From NCBI RefSeq assembly GCF_001447785.1, contig NW_015171606.1, positions 1 to 64,000 on the forward strand: 64,000 nucleotides of DNA, in the 5' to 3' direction. This document shows positions 11,197-26,100 of this stretch, in pieces (position 1 is the stretch's first letter; the number at the start of each line of letters is the position of its first letter). The position numbers and the translations under genes were made by a program. The notes beneath the pieces were generated by a model, which made no database searches, was not told where the DNA came from, and worked only from the letters and a program-made list of their open reading frames with translations. Source of the DNA: Gekko japonicus. Its lineage: Eukaryota.

Positions 11197-14100
11197 GTAA
11201 GATGAAAATCCGATACCCGGTTCAGGACCAGAATCCCAAGTCTCGGGTTTTTTGATTTTTGAGACACAGTCGTGTTGAATGTGTCAGCACACTGAAGTTC
11301 TTGAACCATCTCAAGTTGCATTCGAAAGCAAACATTTTCACTGAATATTAACATTGATAATGCGCCAGTGGTTATTTCCATGTTAGATTCGATACATTTT
11401 CAAGTAGTTCACCTTTACATGCCGTAAAATAAATCAATGACAGTACCCGACAGGAACTCTGGAAGTACTGTGGAGAAATTGGGGGTTCTGTAATATGAGA
11501 ATATCACCACGTTTTTATCATGGGCATCCTGATCCTATTAAGTCTCTTTTAGCTACTTTGGCGCAAACCTCAGTCTGCCATGCAACAGCTAAAGCGGGAT
11601 TCTACATCCTGCTTACATTTGCATGGAAGAAGAAAACAAACAGCAATTGAGGCTTGTAAAAACAGAAGCACACAAATGTGCTAACGCAGTTGCTCTAGTC
11701 TGTAGTGTAAATGAAGGCGGGGCAGACAAGTGCATCCTGGGTAAGAGCAAAGCAGTTGTCCTGTAATGTTTTGGCAGGTATTCAAATGCTAACTTATGCA
11801 GTGTTATTAATCTGGAGTAATCTGACCTGGCTTGGGGGTGGGCAGTGGAAAAGCCAGATGAAGGACCCTCGCTAAGTGTGAGAGAAGCAGGCTGCAGTGT
11901 GGTGACCCTGCAGGTTCTTATTGGCTGTATGCATGGAAGTTGACAGCATTCTAGGGCTGCCAAGTGGGGGCGGGTGGCGGGCAATGTTCCCTCTAAGCTG
12001 TGGAGCCTTGTGAACAAAAATTCTACTTTGTGAGCCACTGGCATTAAAGTGACGAGCAAGAAATTTGGCTACTGCATAAATTACTTTGCTCTGGAGCCAT
12101 CCTTTCTGAGCTAAGACAAAAATGTGTGAGCCAGAGGCTAGAAAACTGTGAGCTAGCTCACACCAACTCAGCTTAGAGGGAACACTGGTGGCGGGTAACC
12201 CCCCACTTTGGAGGCCCGATTTCCGCTGCCACGGAATCGGGCCCCAGGGGGAACTCCGCCCCCTGAAGCGCAGCGTGGCTGCGTCACCAGAGGTGACGCA
12301 ATCACGTCAATCACTCTATGGTTTTCTCTCCGACAATCGGGGCCACGCCTTCAACGTGATCGACGTCACGCGTCACTTCCAGTGATGTGCTGGCGGCGCA
12401 CGTGCGCACGCACATCGAAGGACGGCTCCCGGAGCCCGGCGGAGCTCCCCCCCCGGTAAGAAAAACTGACTTGGCAACCCTACAACATTCAGATGTCGGA
12501 TTTTGCTAGTGGGAGATGAAGGCATGGAATTCTGGGAAGTTGCCTCTGGCCTTTTTGCTGAACTGCTTCTTGACAAACTCATGGTAGAAAAGAGAAGCAG
12601 TTATCCATGAGAATCTGAAATAAAACATTTCAGAAGGATTGTCAACTCACTCCTAATTTGGGCAAACGTTTCCCGCAGGAGTCAATCCAGGACTAACTTA
12701 TTGTTTTGTACTTCGGTTTTCTACCAACTATATACAACCTGACAGAATAATACTTCTTTTTTTTTTTTTAAGATTGTCCAGCTCTGGTTCCCAAGATCAG
12801 GGGTGGGTTTTGGTTTATACAAGCTGGGAGCCTGGTCCAAGCAAGACCCCTTACAGGATACCTCACTGGATGCTGCTCTCTGGATCTGTGTCTCCTACCA
12901 CCACCAAGATCCTTTACAAGCCCCATCAAGGGCAGGCAGGCCTTCACAGAGGTCAAGAGAGGCCCGGGCCACTTCCATTTTTGAGCCCCCCATCAGTAAA
13001 TTAAAAATTGTAGAAGTGTGAAAACAATGATACAAAATTAGTAGTATTATATTTTAAACGTTTACATTTAATACAATAACAAAAAGGATATTGTAAGACT
13101 TCGTAATAAATGTTCCCATTTTTATTTAACACGTGATTTAACGTCAAAAATGTAAACCTGAGGGGGGCCGAGAATGTGAGGCCCAGGCCAAATGGCCCTG
13201 CTCCCCCCCACACACACACACTCAGAGGCCCTGAGGGCAGGTGATGATCAGTGGGACACCTGAGCTTCTGGCCTAGTGCTGAGGCTTAGATGGGGTCTTG
13301 GAGTGACAACATATTTGTCCTCTGTCATTCAAACCCACTGTACTCAGCACTGACAGGATATAACTCCTAACCCAAGTGTTCTTTGAGAAGAACAAATTTG
13401 AGGGGCAGGGAGAAGCAAATAAGCTAATTGTTGTTGAGTATTATTATTATTTTTTTAACTGCCAAACCCTAAGACATATTCAAGTGGGTAGCCGTGTTGG
13501 TTTGAAGCAACAGAACAAAGTTTGAGTCCAGTGGCACCTTAAAGACATTCTTCAGATACCTTAAAACAGACTTCCTCAAGCATTACATACAGGTAGAGAG
13601 AGGGATCTTACCAACTGTGTTAATCCAATCTTAGCTATCTGTATGCGTCTTGACTCTAATTAGCCCTTCCTAGCAACTAACCCCCCCACCTACATGTAAA
13701 GCTTTAGGAAGTCTGTTTCAATGAATCTGAAGAAGTGTGCATGCATACAAAAGCTTATACCCCTAAGACATAACATGGTGTTCTCAATTTAAAACAACTC
13801 CCCAAGATCTCTTGTGAGGGAGGGTTGCCATCGTTAAAGCAGGAAATGTACCTTTAAATCTTCTAAAATCTTTCGGTGCAGAGTCATTAAAGTAGGTTAC
13901 TACTGGTCTGTGTTGTGTGTTTTTTTAAGTGTCCAGCAAATTTATACTGTGTCTTTTGGCCCAGCAAGGCCCCGTGAAGCAGCTTGCAATTAGAAAGAAT
14001 AAGTTAAATCACATGAAATTAAAAGTGTAAAAACCAGACACTTTATAACTAATGCCAGATCCTGGGCAGGAGAGGTAGAACTCTAAATTCAGTTGCTATC

Positions 14101-17100
14101 ATGGGGTGTGAACAATAGTATAGGTACATCAAATGGCAGCTAAATATTATATACATAGAAAAAGGGAAGTGTGAAATCAGAAAGATGTAGAACATAGAGA
14201 GGTATGGTAGATATCATTTTAACCAAAAAAATGACTCTATACATAGCGAGTATCTGAGCTTGACTGAACATAGCAAAGAGTCTGTAATATCAGGAACTAG
14301 GAATAAGGCCTGTTGTGGAGATACATACAACGAGCTCTAGAAAGAGGCTCTGGGTGGATGCACTGGTCTTTGGCACTCAGCGTCAATTTGCTGTGGTGAC
14401 CTCAGCAGGGTATTATGACACAGAGCTTACTGTTTTCTTCAGGGGAACTGATCTCTGCCATCTGAAGAGCAGTTGTAATTCTGAGTGATCTCCAGCCCTC
14501 CCCTGGAGATTGGCAACACTGNNNNNNNNNNNNNNNNNNNNNNNNNNNNNNNNNNNNNNNNNNNNNNNNNNNNNNNNNNNNNNNNNNNNNNNNNNNNNNN
14601 NNNNNNNNNNNNNNNNNNNNNNNNNNNNNNNNNNNNNNNNNNNNNNNNNNNNNNNNNNNNNNNNNNNNNNNNNNNNNNNNNNNNNNNNNNNNNNNNNNNN
14701 NNNNNNNNNNNNNNNNNNNNNNNNNNNNNNNNNNNNNNNNNNNNNNNNNNNNNNNNNNNNNNNNNNNNNNNNNNNNNNNNNNNNNNNNNNNNNNNNNNNN
14801 NNNNNNNNNNNNNNNNNNNNNNNNNNNNNNNNNNNNNNNNNNNNNNNNNNNNNNNNNNNNNNNNNNNNNNNNNNNNNNNNNNNNNNNNNNNNNNNNNNNN
14901 NNNNNNNNNNNNNNNNNNNNNNNNNNNNNNNNNNNNNNNNNNNNNNNNNNNNNNNNNCTGAACAGGAGCAAGCAGCCAGGGCTAGTGAAGTAATGCCAGT
15001 CAGGAGGCATGAAGTCACCCTGAGAGTGCTGGCAGGCCTAGGGTTGCCAACAAAGACAGATTGATGCAAAGGAGGATGGGAAAGTCTCCATATGCAAACG
15101 GGGGGAGTACGCAAACGGGGGGGAGTTTGAGGGGCGGAATGCAGTGAAGTCCAATCAGCTTCCATATGCAGATGACCTTGAAACGCTGGCCCAATCAGAG
15201 AAGAGTGGCCTAGGCTGCAGTGAGTGGGAGAGAACTCAGGCAACGCAGCCAGTGGATAGAGACACCCTGTGATTGACATATCACAGAGCCAACTAATTTT
15301 GGCGGGCATAGAATGTTGCCCTGCGAAAATTCTTTTATATATAAGGACAGGATTGTCATTATTGTGTCTTGACCTTAAAATACCACAGGTGTGCTTTAGT
15401 CTCTTGGTCGTGCCAATCATTGGTGGCTTTTCAAGAGAGGTGTGGTCTTGTTGGAGTGACTTGAACTTTTAAAATTGGATTTCTTCTAATTTACATCCTT
15501 ATAATTTGACCTACAAGATCCAGAAATCCAAGAATTGTCGCCTGGATTTTGGACAGCAGGTTGCCATGGCTATATAGGCTCCTTAGTGTGGAGCCGAAAT
15601 GTAATGTGAGCGAGGATTTGCATTGGTCAAGAGGCGCAATCCCAGATTAATCAATTTAATAGCCTGATCCACATAGCAACAACAAACTGTGGGTTGTTGT
15701 GAGGGACTTGTACTAGAGCTACTTGGTCTTCCTCCTGCGCTTGATTTGGAATTTGGAAGCCAATCATCTACTTGCACGGCAAACTGTAGTTTGTTACTTC
15801 TGGAGGCAACAGATCAAACTAATAATTTGTGAGTTAAGTGTAACGGCAGGCAATAGTTTGCCATGAAGAGATAAATTTCTGAGCCATGGGAGGAAGGGGA
15901 GAGGCACAGACTTACAGGTTTCCACAGTCTAAATCTCTGGCTGCTGATAAACAGAGGTAGGCACGAGCTTTGTGGGAAATGTATGATTGTGGCTTTTTTG
16001 TGACGCTGCTTCTGTGTCTTGAACAGCAGGTCAGAGCATCTAAATCTAGCATGTAAAGTGGGTTTTTTTTCTTTCTCTGTCTCTGGATGCTATTAAAGGC
16101 ACTGGTGCAGGGAGGAAAAAAAGCTTGGACATGAGGGTTGCCAGCTCTGGGTTGGGAAATACTTGGAGATTTTGGGGGTGGAGACTGAGGAAGGCAGGGT
16201 TTGGGGAGGGGATTTTAGTTGGACATAATGCCATAGAATCCACTTTACAAAGCAGCCATTTTCTCCAGGTGAGCTGATCTCTGTCGCCTGGAGATCAGTA
16301 ATCCCAGGAGATGTCCAGCCAACATCTGGAGGTTGGCAGCCTTGTTAGACACCCAAGTGAAGTGGGTGCGAATATGAGAACAGCCATTCAGTTCCATCCT
16401 TTGTTTCGAGCAGGGGTGCTCCAGGTGCCCCTGATGAGCCACTTCCTTTTTATCCTAAGCACCTGAGAGCCAGAGGTATACTGTCACTGTAAATGGAGGT
16501 TTAATTTAGCTGTCATGTTTTACTGCAAATTTAAAGTCCAATGGCACCTTTAAGACCAACAAAGGTTTATTCTAGGTATGAGCTTTCGTGTGCACGCACA
16601 CTTTATCAAATTTGTTGTCCTGCTTCAGACGAACATGGCTAACCAACTGAATTTTACTGCAGTTAATGATTTTGTCCTTCTCCTTGAATTTCTCAAAAAG
16701 TTTTTTTTAATTATGGAATTGATGGCATCATACCAATAGGAAAACCTGTAAGGAGTAATGTAGTAACTTCTCAGTTTGCCTTTAGATATTCATGACTGAG
16801 AGGATCCCCCCCCCAACTAACTCCAAATTCGTTTTATGGTAAAATGACTACCAGAAATCTAAGATTGGTTCTCATGGGCTGTCCTCTATCAAATTCTTTC
16901 TTTGGGGTTTTGATCAAGTAATGTCAAGGTTCACTTGTAATGCTGCTCACGGGGTGGGGGGGAGGCGTCAACCATTTTTCAAGAGCTCAGAGTTTGTTTG
17001 TTTCTTAAAAGCTGATTTATTCTTCCATGTTTGCATACTAGTACTTAGCTAAGGAACGCCGAAAATGCATTGGTTTTCTGAATGAGACTCTTGAGTTCAC

Positions 17101-20100
17101 ATTTCAGATGTCAGTCAGTTACCATTCGTACTTCCCAACTTAGTGGTCTCAAACCCAGGGAATCTTCCTTTACCATTTTTATTTTTCTGGTGCCACAGGA
17201 CTGCCCTTTCTTTCTTACTGAAATCTTCAGTTAACTGCATAAAACTTCGTTGTCTTATTTTTCGCACTGTTCAAAAAAGGGGAAATGAGAAACTGGGGGT
17301 TGGGAGGATGGTATTCAAAAGTGAAAACGAAAATTTTGTATATAACCCAACTGTTTTATGAGGTATGAGTAGGAATGCCAGCCTCCAGGTGGTAGTCAAA
17401 AATGAGAGCTCACGGGAGGAAGTGGAATTCCAAAAACAACTTCCATGACAAAAATAACGAAGAGTCAATAAAGATAAGTTGCAAAACGTATACTGTAGTA
17501 ATTTCTGTAGAAAAATTTCTTCTATTATCGCTCACACGCTATCGAATACTGCGCAATGAACAATTCGTTTCACAATATTTCACAATATTTGTTTTATCTG
17601 AAGAAGAAGAAGAGATTGGATTTATACCCCGCCCTTCACTACCCAAAGGTGTCTCAGAGTGGCTTACAAACTCCTTTCCCTTCCCCTCCCCACAACAGAC
17701 ACCCTGTGAGGTGGGTGGGGCTGAGAGAACTCTGACACAAACTGCTCTTTTTCAAGGACAGCTGTGCCAGAGCTTGTGACTGACCCAAGGTCACATCAGC
17801 AGGTGCAAGTGGAGGAGTGGGGAATCAAACCCGGTTCTCCCAGATTAGAGTCCGCGCACTTAACCACTACACAAAACTGCATCTGAGCATGTAGCAATCC
17901 CGATTCTTTTCAATTACTACTTATCAACTCTTGAAGGAAACATTCCATGTTGACTCCCTAATAACGGAACCCAAGGTCTTCACAGATAAAGCAAATATTG
18001 TCAAACGAATTGTTCATTGCACAGTATTAATTAGCGTGTGAGCAATAATAGAAGAAAATTTTCTACAGAAATGACTACAGTAAACGTTCTTGCAACTTAC
18101 CTTTATTGACTCTGTTATTTTTGTCACGGATGTTGTTTTTGAAATTCCTGGGTTACAACCCATCTCCAGGTGACAGATCACATGGAGAAAATGACCATTT
18201 TGGAAGGTGAACTCTATGCCATTATACCCCATTGAAGTCCTTCTCCAAACCCCACTCTCTGGCTCTCCCCACCCCCCAAAAAAATATCCAGATATTCTCT
18301 AACCCGGAGCTGGCAACCCTAAGTGAGAGGGAGAGGCAACTTTAGTATTTATTTTATATCATGAGGGAAATGCACTAACAGATATTTCGACCCTTTTGCA
18401 GAGTAATCGAGTCACCTTGAAGATGGATGTGTCTCACACAGAGCACTCTCATGTGATTGGCAAAGGAGGCAATAATATTAAAAAGGTGATGGAGGAGACG
18501 GGTTGCCACATCCATTTCCCAGACTCGAATAGAAATAACCAAGCGGAGAAGAGTAATCAAGTGAGTCTTCTCCAAGTCTCTTCATCTATTCTAGCCATAG
18601 ATATTGGTCAGGGCGTTGTTTTATTTCGTATTCAGAAGCGTTCCTCAAATAGAACTGCTCTACATTTTGAGGGAAAGATGGTGTTTAAGAGGATTGTCAA
18701 TGTTTGAACACTTCCCCATAAATAGCAGGTCAAGTGGTTTAGAACTTTTTGTTCTCTGATGTGCCAGTTTTCCACAGGCATTTTTTTAAAAATCTAGAGG
18801 ATTATTTTCTTGCAAACGTATCAATCTGCATTTCTAACTGTTTATTTTAGTTTCTTTATTTGTGTTATCTGTAAACAAGAACATAACAAAATGTTACAGA
18901 ATATTTTAAAAATGTGGTCAATGTTTTTGGAAGCTGAAGATTTGTATCCCACCCTTCACTCGGAGTCTCAGAGCGCTTACAAACTCCTTTCCCTTCCCCT
19001 CCCCACAACAGACACCCTGTAAGGTAGGTGGGGCTGAGAGAGCTGCCCTTTCAAGGACAGCTCTGACAGAACTAAGGCTTGCCCAAGGTCATCCAGCCAG
19101 GTGCAAGTGGAAGAGTGGGGAATCAAACCTGGTTCTCCCAGATTAGAGTCTATTCACTTAACTACCACACCAAACTGGCTCTCCAAATGTGGCGTTACAG
19201 AATATAACATATTTTATCTAGTTGTTGAATTCATGTTGTCCTCCACAGCTTCCCTCTCCCAAATTTGGCTACATATGCACATGCTCTCTCTTTTCTGTAT
19301 TGGCTGCTTGCCAGAGTTTTGGTTATCCAGTTTCTCCCTCTTCTGGGATTGTGTTCAATTTCCACTGTCTGGCAAAAATCACTTCAGCAGTTTACCACAC
19401 ATTAGGTGTGCTCACCTGAATTTTTGGAGTGCTGTCATCTCTAGAGGGCCATCCCTGGTACCCTTTCCAAATGCGTAGATTGGCCATCAGAGGCGGTACA
19501 AACTATATAAAACAAAACTGTTCCGGAGGGACATTTTTATAGAGGAAATAGGGCTGCATTATAAGAGAATGATTCAGGAAAATGTTTCAGTAGAGGAATG
19601 GGATTGCTGTATATTTTTATTGAGCTCCCACAGCATTATATTTCTACTTACATGATATCATTTCTGGCATTGTTTCACATTAAATGTTTAATATTTATGC
19701 CTTGTTTGAGATTTCTGCAGTCCTATTACATTGTTTGTCTCCTCATTCTATTGATTGCACTGACTTTCACTGTGCAATCTACGGAGAGCCAGTCTGGTGT
19801 AGTGGTTAGGAGCGCAAATTCTAATCTGGGAGAACCAGGTTTGATTCCCCACTCCTCCACTTGCAGCTGCTGGTGTGACCTTGGGTCAGTCACAAGTTCT
19901 CTCAGAGCTATTCTCTCAGGAGCAGTCTTCGAGGGAGCTCTCTCAGCCCCATCTCCCTAACAGGGAGTCTGTTGAAGACGCCAGTTAGGTGGGGGGCAGG
20001 ATCTCCGATCCCTTGTTGCTGCTCTGAGTAGTGGAGGGGGGTACTTAAAAACTGCAGCCTTGGGTTCTTCCCAGAAATTCTTCCCAGATGTGAAAAGGGG

Positions 20101-23100
20101 TAGTTATAGGAATTGCCAGATTCCTAGAGCTATCCTTTATCCTTTCTGGGTTTTAGCCAATATAGTGCTGCATGCAACAGCACAGCACCCCACTGGCCCA
20201 CCCAGAACCCTCTCGCTGGTTGCCAGGCCCTGCCTGTCAACCCTGGTAATCCACCTTGACTCACACTTAGTATGGCAGACTATAGATAACATACCAACAG
20301 AGTCCATTTTTAAGGGACACCCAAAGCTTTCTTTTTGCAGTTTGTACAATCACAACTCTTCTATAGGCGTTGTGCCTACAGTTATGCAAACAAACAAACA
20401 GAATAATCTGTCACACTGTACAAATTACACTAGAGACTTCTGTCTTCTTATACAGTTCTAATTACAAATATAAACAGTCTGCACAGTAATGGTTTTGCCA
20501 CTGTGCAGAAATATAACGTCTACACCAGTTGAATAGCTCCTGTCAACCTAGTAGTTCGAAAGCAAGAAATTGCAAGTAGATAAATAGGTACCACTTCGGT
20601 GGGAAGGTAACAGCGTTCCGTGCGCCTTGGTGTTTAGTCATGGCGGCCACATGACCACAGAGAAGTCTTCGGACAGCGCTGGCTCTTTGGCATGGAAACC
20701 AAGATGAGCACCGCCCCCTAGAGTTGGATTCGACTAGCTTTCGAGCACAGGAAACCTTTACCTAAGTCCTTGAAAGTACAAGTCTTTCTTTAGAATGATG
20801 CAGTCACCGGCTCACGATGCAGAGAGGTGTTTCAAATAGAAAACACAAAACAGACAGCGCAGGCTCAGGAATAGCCGCAACGTGAACCAAGGGAGTGGCA
20901 ACGGCATGCCTAGGTTGCTTCGCCATTCCTTAAGGCTTCATTAGGCTGCTTTCCTTAGTGATGGGGCTGCAAACATTAGACTTGCGGTAAATGACAGTCC
21001 ATTCTGTTGTGGTTGTGTGCCTGCAGTGGCAACCTTGAGCCAGTAACGGCAGCACCCCGTGATTTTACATAGCCAGATAAAATACTTGCCCAGCTGATTA
21101 TATGGTTTCAGATATGTTTCAAAGACCCGTGGCAATCTGTGATATGGAGCACACGTCTCTCATAAATCTCTCTAAACTCTTCCAAAGCTGCCTATCATCC
21201 AGTCTGATTTTGCACATAAAACAGTTTAAATACTTCTATCTCAGAATGATCTTCCAGCGCATCGCTTCCCAATTTCATGTCCTAAATTGTATGTTTTAGT
21301 ATTTAATCCTTAAATTTTATGAGAAGTGTTATAATTAGAAAATTGTTCTACAATATACTGGAGCTTCTGGAGGTACAGTTGCCTTTTAATTGTGTTTTTA
21401 AATATTAAGGCTGCCAGTAGAATTACAGCTTTGAATCAGAACCATACGATCATGGTTAGAATTGAATTTTTCCGATTTCCACAGGTGTCTATAGCAGGAC
21501 AGCCAGCCGGAGTTGAGTCTGCCAGAGCTAGAATACGGGTAAATATGGGACTGAAACTTGATATAATCTTCTGTAAGACACTTGAAATGAATCAGAATTT
21601 TATGCTAATTCTAATTACTTGTAGGCTTGCAGCTGAAGGAAATGTGTTCAGTCCCACAGTATGTGTTGCTTGCATGTACCAAAAGAACATTAAGGGTCAC
21701 ACAGGCTACAATCTGGAGACTTAAAATAGCCATTATAGCTGATCACATTCACTGTTGGCCCCTGCATGAGATCAGAGAATCCAGGGCAGTATCCCTATAA
21801 GCAGAAGGGGTGAACAGAGGGTATACGAAAAGGCCCAGCCTTCTGTAGTGCTGCTGCACATGGGGTGCATCAAAACTACACATTCTACGGATCACAGATC
21901 TTTGACTGACTTAGTTCCCCCCACCCATGTAATGGCATTCCCTAGTCAAAGGTTGCTAAAGCAGATAATAGTACTACAGCTGTGCATGGAAGCATTTTGA
22001 TTTGAGGGGCATGAGTACAATTCAGAGCTGTGTTCCAAATGTGTTTTTACAATATACCTCTCCCCTTCCCATATTTTATTTCCAAATCTGAGGAAAGATG
22101 ATGATGGAAGATCCTCGTGGTTCTTCTTTAAATGAAAGGGTACACATGTTCACCATTATTAAGGTCCTGAGCCTTCTGACCTACAACTTGGGTTTTATAT
22201 AACAGCTTATCCGTGGAAGTCCACCAAAGCCTTAAGCATAGAGGATCGAATAAAAACTTTGTGCTGCTTTCTAGTTCGCTTTCAGTGCTCTTTCATGTGT
22301 GTCCGTAGTATTTTATTATCATCTTATGTATGAACCACTGATTGAAGCTGATCTGTATTATGCCTTAAAATTTCATTTGATTGTATTGGGATCATTAGAA
22401 CTATGTGCTTTACTGTTCCTAAGAGTTGAGTTTTTATTCAGATGGTTAAACGTTTAGCAGGGTAACAATCCTGCTCCATTCTGGCCATGATTGCACAACG
22501 TAATTCCAGAAAGCAAGTTTGTATGCCACAGGAAAGGGCTCTTCAGGACACCTAATGCTCCACAATGTGCAACTTTGTGATAGGCTAAATAGGTTCTTAA
22601 TTAGTGCTGAGTATTTTCTGTGTTTGATTTGATCGTGTTCTAGGAGCTGCTTCCACTGGTCCTAATGTTTGAATTACCTATAGCTGGAATCCTTCAACCA
22701 ATCCCAGATCCAAATTCTCCCACCATTCAGCATATATCTCAGACATACAACATTTCAGTGTCTTTTAAGCAACGTTCCCGGACATATGGTGCTACAGTCA
22801 TCATCAGAGGATCTCAGAATAATGCTAGTGCTGTGAAGGTAATATCTGAAATCACTGTCATTGTTGTAAAGGTCAGAGTTCCAGTTTCCGTTTGACCAGC
22901 ATCTGCTTATCCCTGCTTGGCTTTTGTCTGGTTCGTAGTCACTCCCAGTGAGTATTGAAGCTATCCTAGATCTTGGCATCACATCCAATGGATTCATTCT
23001 TACAGATTCTTCAAGGTGGCTTTTAAACAAGAGGGAAGGGTGACTTCTATAACAAGACTTTTTCAAAAATATGCGGCATGCATGATAGACATAACCAAGT

Positions 23101-26100
23101 TTGAGTTTTCTGCAATTTGTAACTCTGTAGTATGCTTGTACACAGGGCTATTTTTGGGCAGGAACGCACAGGAACGGAGTTCCGGCTGGCTTCAGAGTTG
23201 GTCACGCCCACTACAGGCAAAACCCCCGCATGCATGGCTACAGAGGGAAGGCTTGGAGAGCGACCCCCCCTGGCCACTCCAAGGTGGGCGGGCCAGGGGC
23301 CCCCTGGAAGGATCGGGGAGTCATTTAAATGCCTCCCTATGCCTTCCCTGGCCTGTCCAAGGACGGGCTTGCTCGGGCAAGGCAAGGGAAGGCAGTTTAA
23401 ACTGCCTTCCCTTCCCTCCGAGGGCTGGCTTGCCTGGGCTCCCCGCAACTGTGGGGTGCCCAGGCAAGCCAAAGGAAGGTATGGGGGTGTGGCCTAATAG
23501 GCTAATGAGTTTCTGCTGTTGGGTGTGGCCTATTATGCTAATGAGTTCCTGCTGGGCTTTTTCTACAAAAAAAGCTCTGCTTGTACATATTTTCAGTTAT
23601 ATATCATCCATATATTGGGTTGGACTGAACCACCTTTTTGGCTGGTGAAAGAGGAAAGAGAGGATCTCCCTCGACAACAAGAAAGCCTGGTAGGGGTCAT
23701 GGGACCTACACAGACAAAAGACATGATGAGGGGCAATGGCTCAGTGGCAGAGCATCGGCTTGGCATGCAGAAGGTCCCAGGTGTTTGGGAAGACGTCTGC
23801 CTGGGACCCTGGAGAACTGCTGCCAGTCCGTATAGACAATATTGACTCTGATGGACCAATGGTCTGGTTCAATATAAGGCAGCTTCATATAACGTGTAGG
23901 ACGGGATGCAATAAGTAGGAGAACTGGACAAGATTATATTAAAGAGTTGGCTGGATCCGACTCATTCAGATAAAACCTAAACAAAGCCTAGGGATGCCAG
24001 TCTCCAGGTGGGGGCAGGGGATCCCCTGATTTTGTGGGTTCCTGCTGGCCAGCTGGCTGGCAAGGGAAACCCCACCTGTAACAGCAGCCACCCCCCTCTC
24101 TCCTCCTGCAAGATTTAAAGGACCCTCCAGCTGATCGGTGGGAACACATGGCCTGCTGATCAGCTGGAAGGCTCTTTAAATCTTGCAGAGAAGGGGGAGA
24201 AGAAGAAGAGGAGGAGGAGATTGGATTTATACCCCGCCCTTCACTAACCAAAGGAGTCTCAAAGCAGCTTACAGTCTCCTTTCCCTTCCCCTCCCTACAA
24301 GACCCACTCTGTGAGGTAGGTGGGGCTGAGAGAGCTCTCTCGAGAACTGCCCTCGAGAGAACAGCTCTGAAGGAACTTATGACTGACCCACAGTCGCACC
24401 AGCAGCTGCAAGTGGAGGAGTGGGGACTCAAACCCGGTTCTCCCAGATTAGAGTCCACACTTCTAACCACGACACCAAAGTAGCCACACACCTGGCCGCT
24501 TGGAGTTCAGGCGTGTGGAGCGCTGGCGTGCCCGCTTGCCAAAACCATTTAAAGGGAAGGTTCCCTTTAAATGGTTCTTGCAAACTGGCACCAATAGGGG
24601 GTGCATCCCTAGCATGACGATGTCACTTCTGTGTGATGTCATCGTGTTGAGGACATCCCCTCCAAGGAATGCCCCCCCAAAGTCCCCCGCCAGCAACGAG
24701 GCAGGACCTGTTAACCCTGACAAAGCCTGACAACTGTTAAGTGTGGAAGAAAAAAGTATTTTAGGTCCATGGGTATCTCCGATAGCGCTGATACCTTATA
24801 GTCAGATATCTTCTACACTTGATTTATTTGGAGAATTAACTGGCTGGTCTCAACACAAATTAATACAGGTTAATAACCTGTTAGGACCTGCGGTGGCTCA
24901 AGTGGTTAAGATGCTGAACTGCAGGCTGTGGAAGGTCAGTAGTTCAGCAGTTCAAGACCCGGGTGCCGCATGACGGAGTGAGCTCCCGTCTCTAGTTCCA
25001 GCTCCTGCCAACCTAGCAGTTCGAAAGCAAGAAATTGCAAGTAGATAAATAGGGACCACTTCAGTGGGAAGGTAACAGCGTTCCGTGCGGCTTGGTGTTT
25101 AGTCATGCCGGCCACATGACCACGGAAACGTCTTCGGACAGCGCTGGCTCTTCGGCTTGGAAACGGAGATGAGCACCGCAACCCTAGAGTCAGATTCGAT
25201 GGGCTTTCGAGCAAGGGAACCTTTACCTTTACTTTAATAACCTGTTGGACGGAAGATGGAATTTTATCCTGTGCGGAAGTATCAGAGAGAATGAACAGTG
25301 CCATCCGCCTCTTCCTTCAGTGCTTTCAGTTGAGAGCTACAGCACAAACAATGTGGAGGAAGGGATTGTTCAGTCAAAAACAATCTGAATTGTTATTGGA
25401 TCAGTATTAAAAGAACAAGTTGGAAGAACGTGCCAACTCTGGTATAAACTCCAGATTGAGGGATAATGCTACAAAAGACAAATGATGAAAAAATACCGGG
25501 TGTCCCATTTTACAGCAGGAGTGGGACTGAAGTTGGGAGAACAGCGATGCTTTTATAAATGAAATGGGATGCTTTTATAAACTTTAGTGAAGGTGGTTGA
25601 GGTTGGAATATATTTTTGACAATGATAGTAGAGGTTGTTGGCAACAATGAACTTGAAGAGGAGAATGTGCTATCGAGTTGCAACCGACTTGTGCCGAACC
25701 CCATCCATGAGGCATTCCAAGCAAGAGATGAGTGGAGGTCGTTCCCCATTGCCTTGCTCCTCATAGCAACCGGAGTCTTCCTTGGTGGTCTCCCATCCAA
25801 GTACTGACCCGGGCCAACCCTGCTTTAAACACTCAAGGTCTGATGAGCCTGAGCTAAGCTGGGCTATTTGGGCTAGAATGCAAACACAGATATAATGCAA
25901 GTGTTCTGGGAATGCCCATTAATACTGTTTTTGCAGTAACATCGTTTAGGTATCGTGTTGTTTTTAATTCAGATTAATTGAATACCTCTTGCCTTGCAGA
26001 ATGAGTAACCTGACTGCAAAAGCTTATCTCATTTTTTTTTCCCTTCAAAAAAAACAAACAGGAAGGAACTGCTATGCTTTTGGAGCACCTGGCTGGTAGC

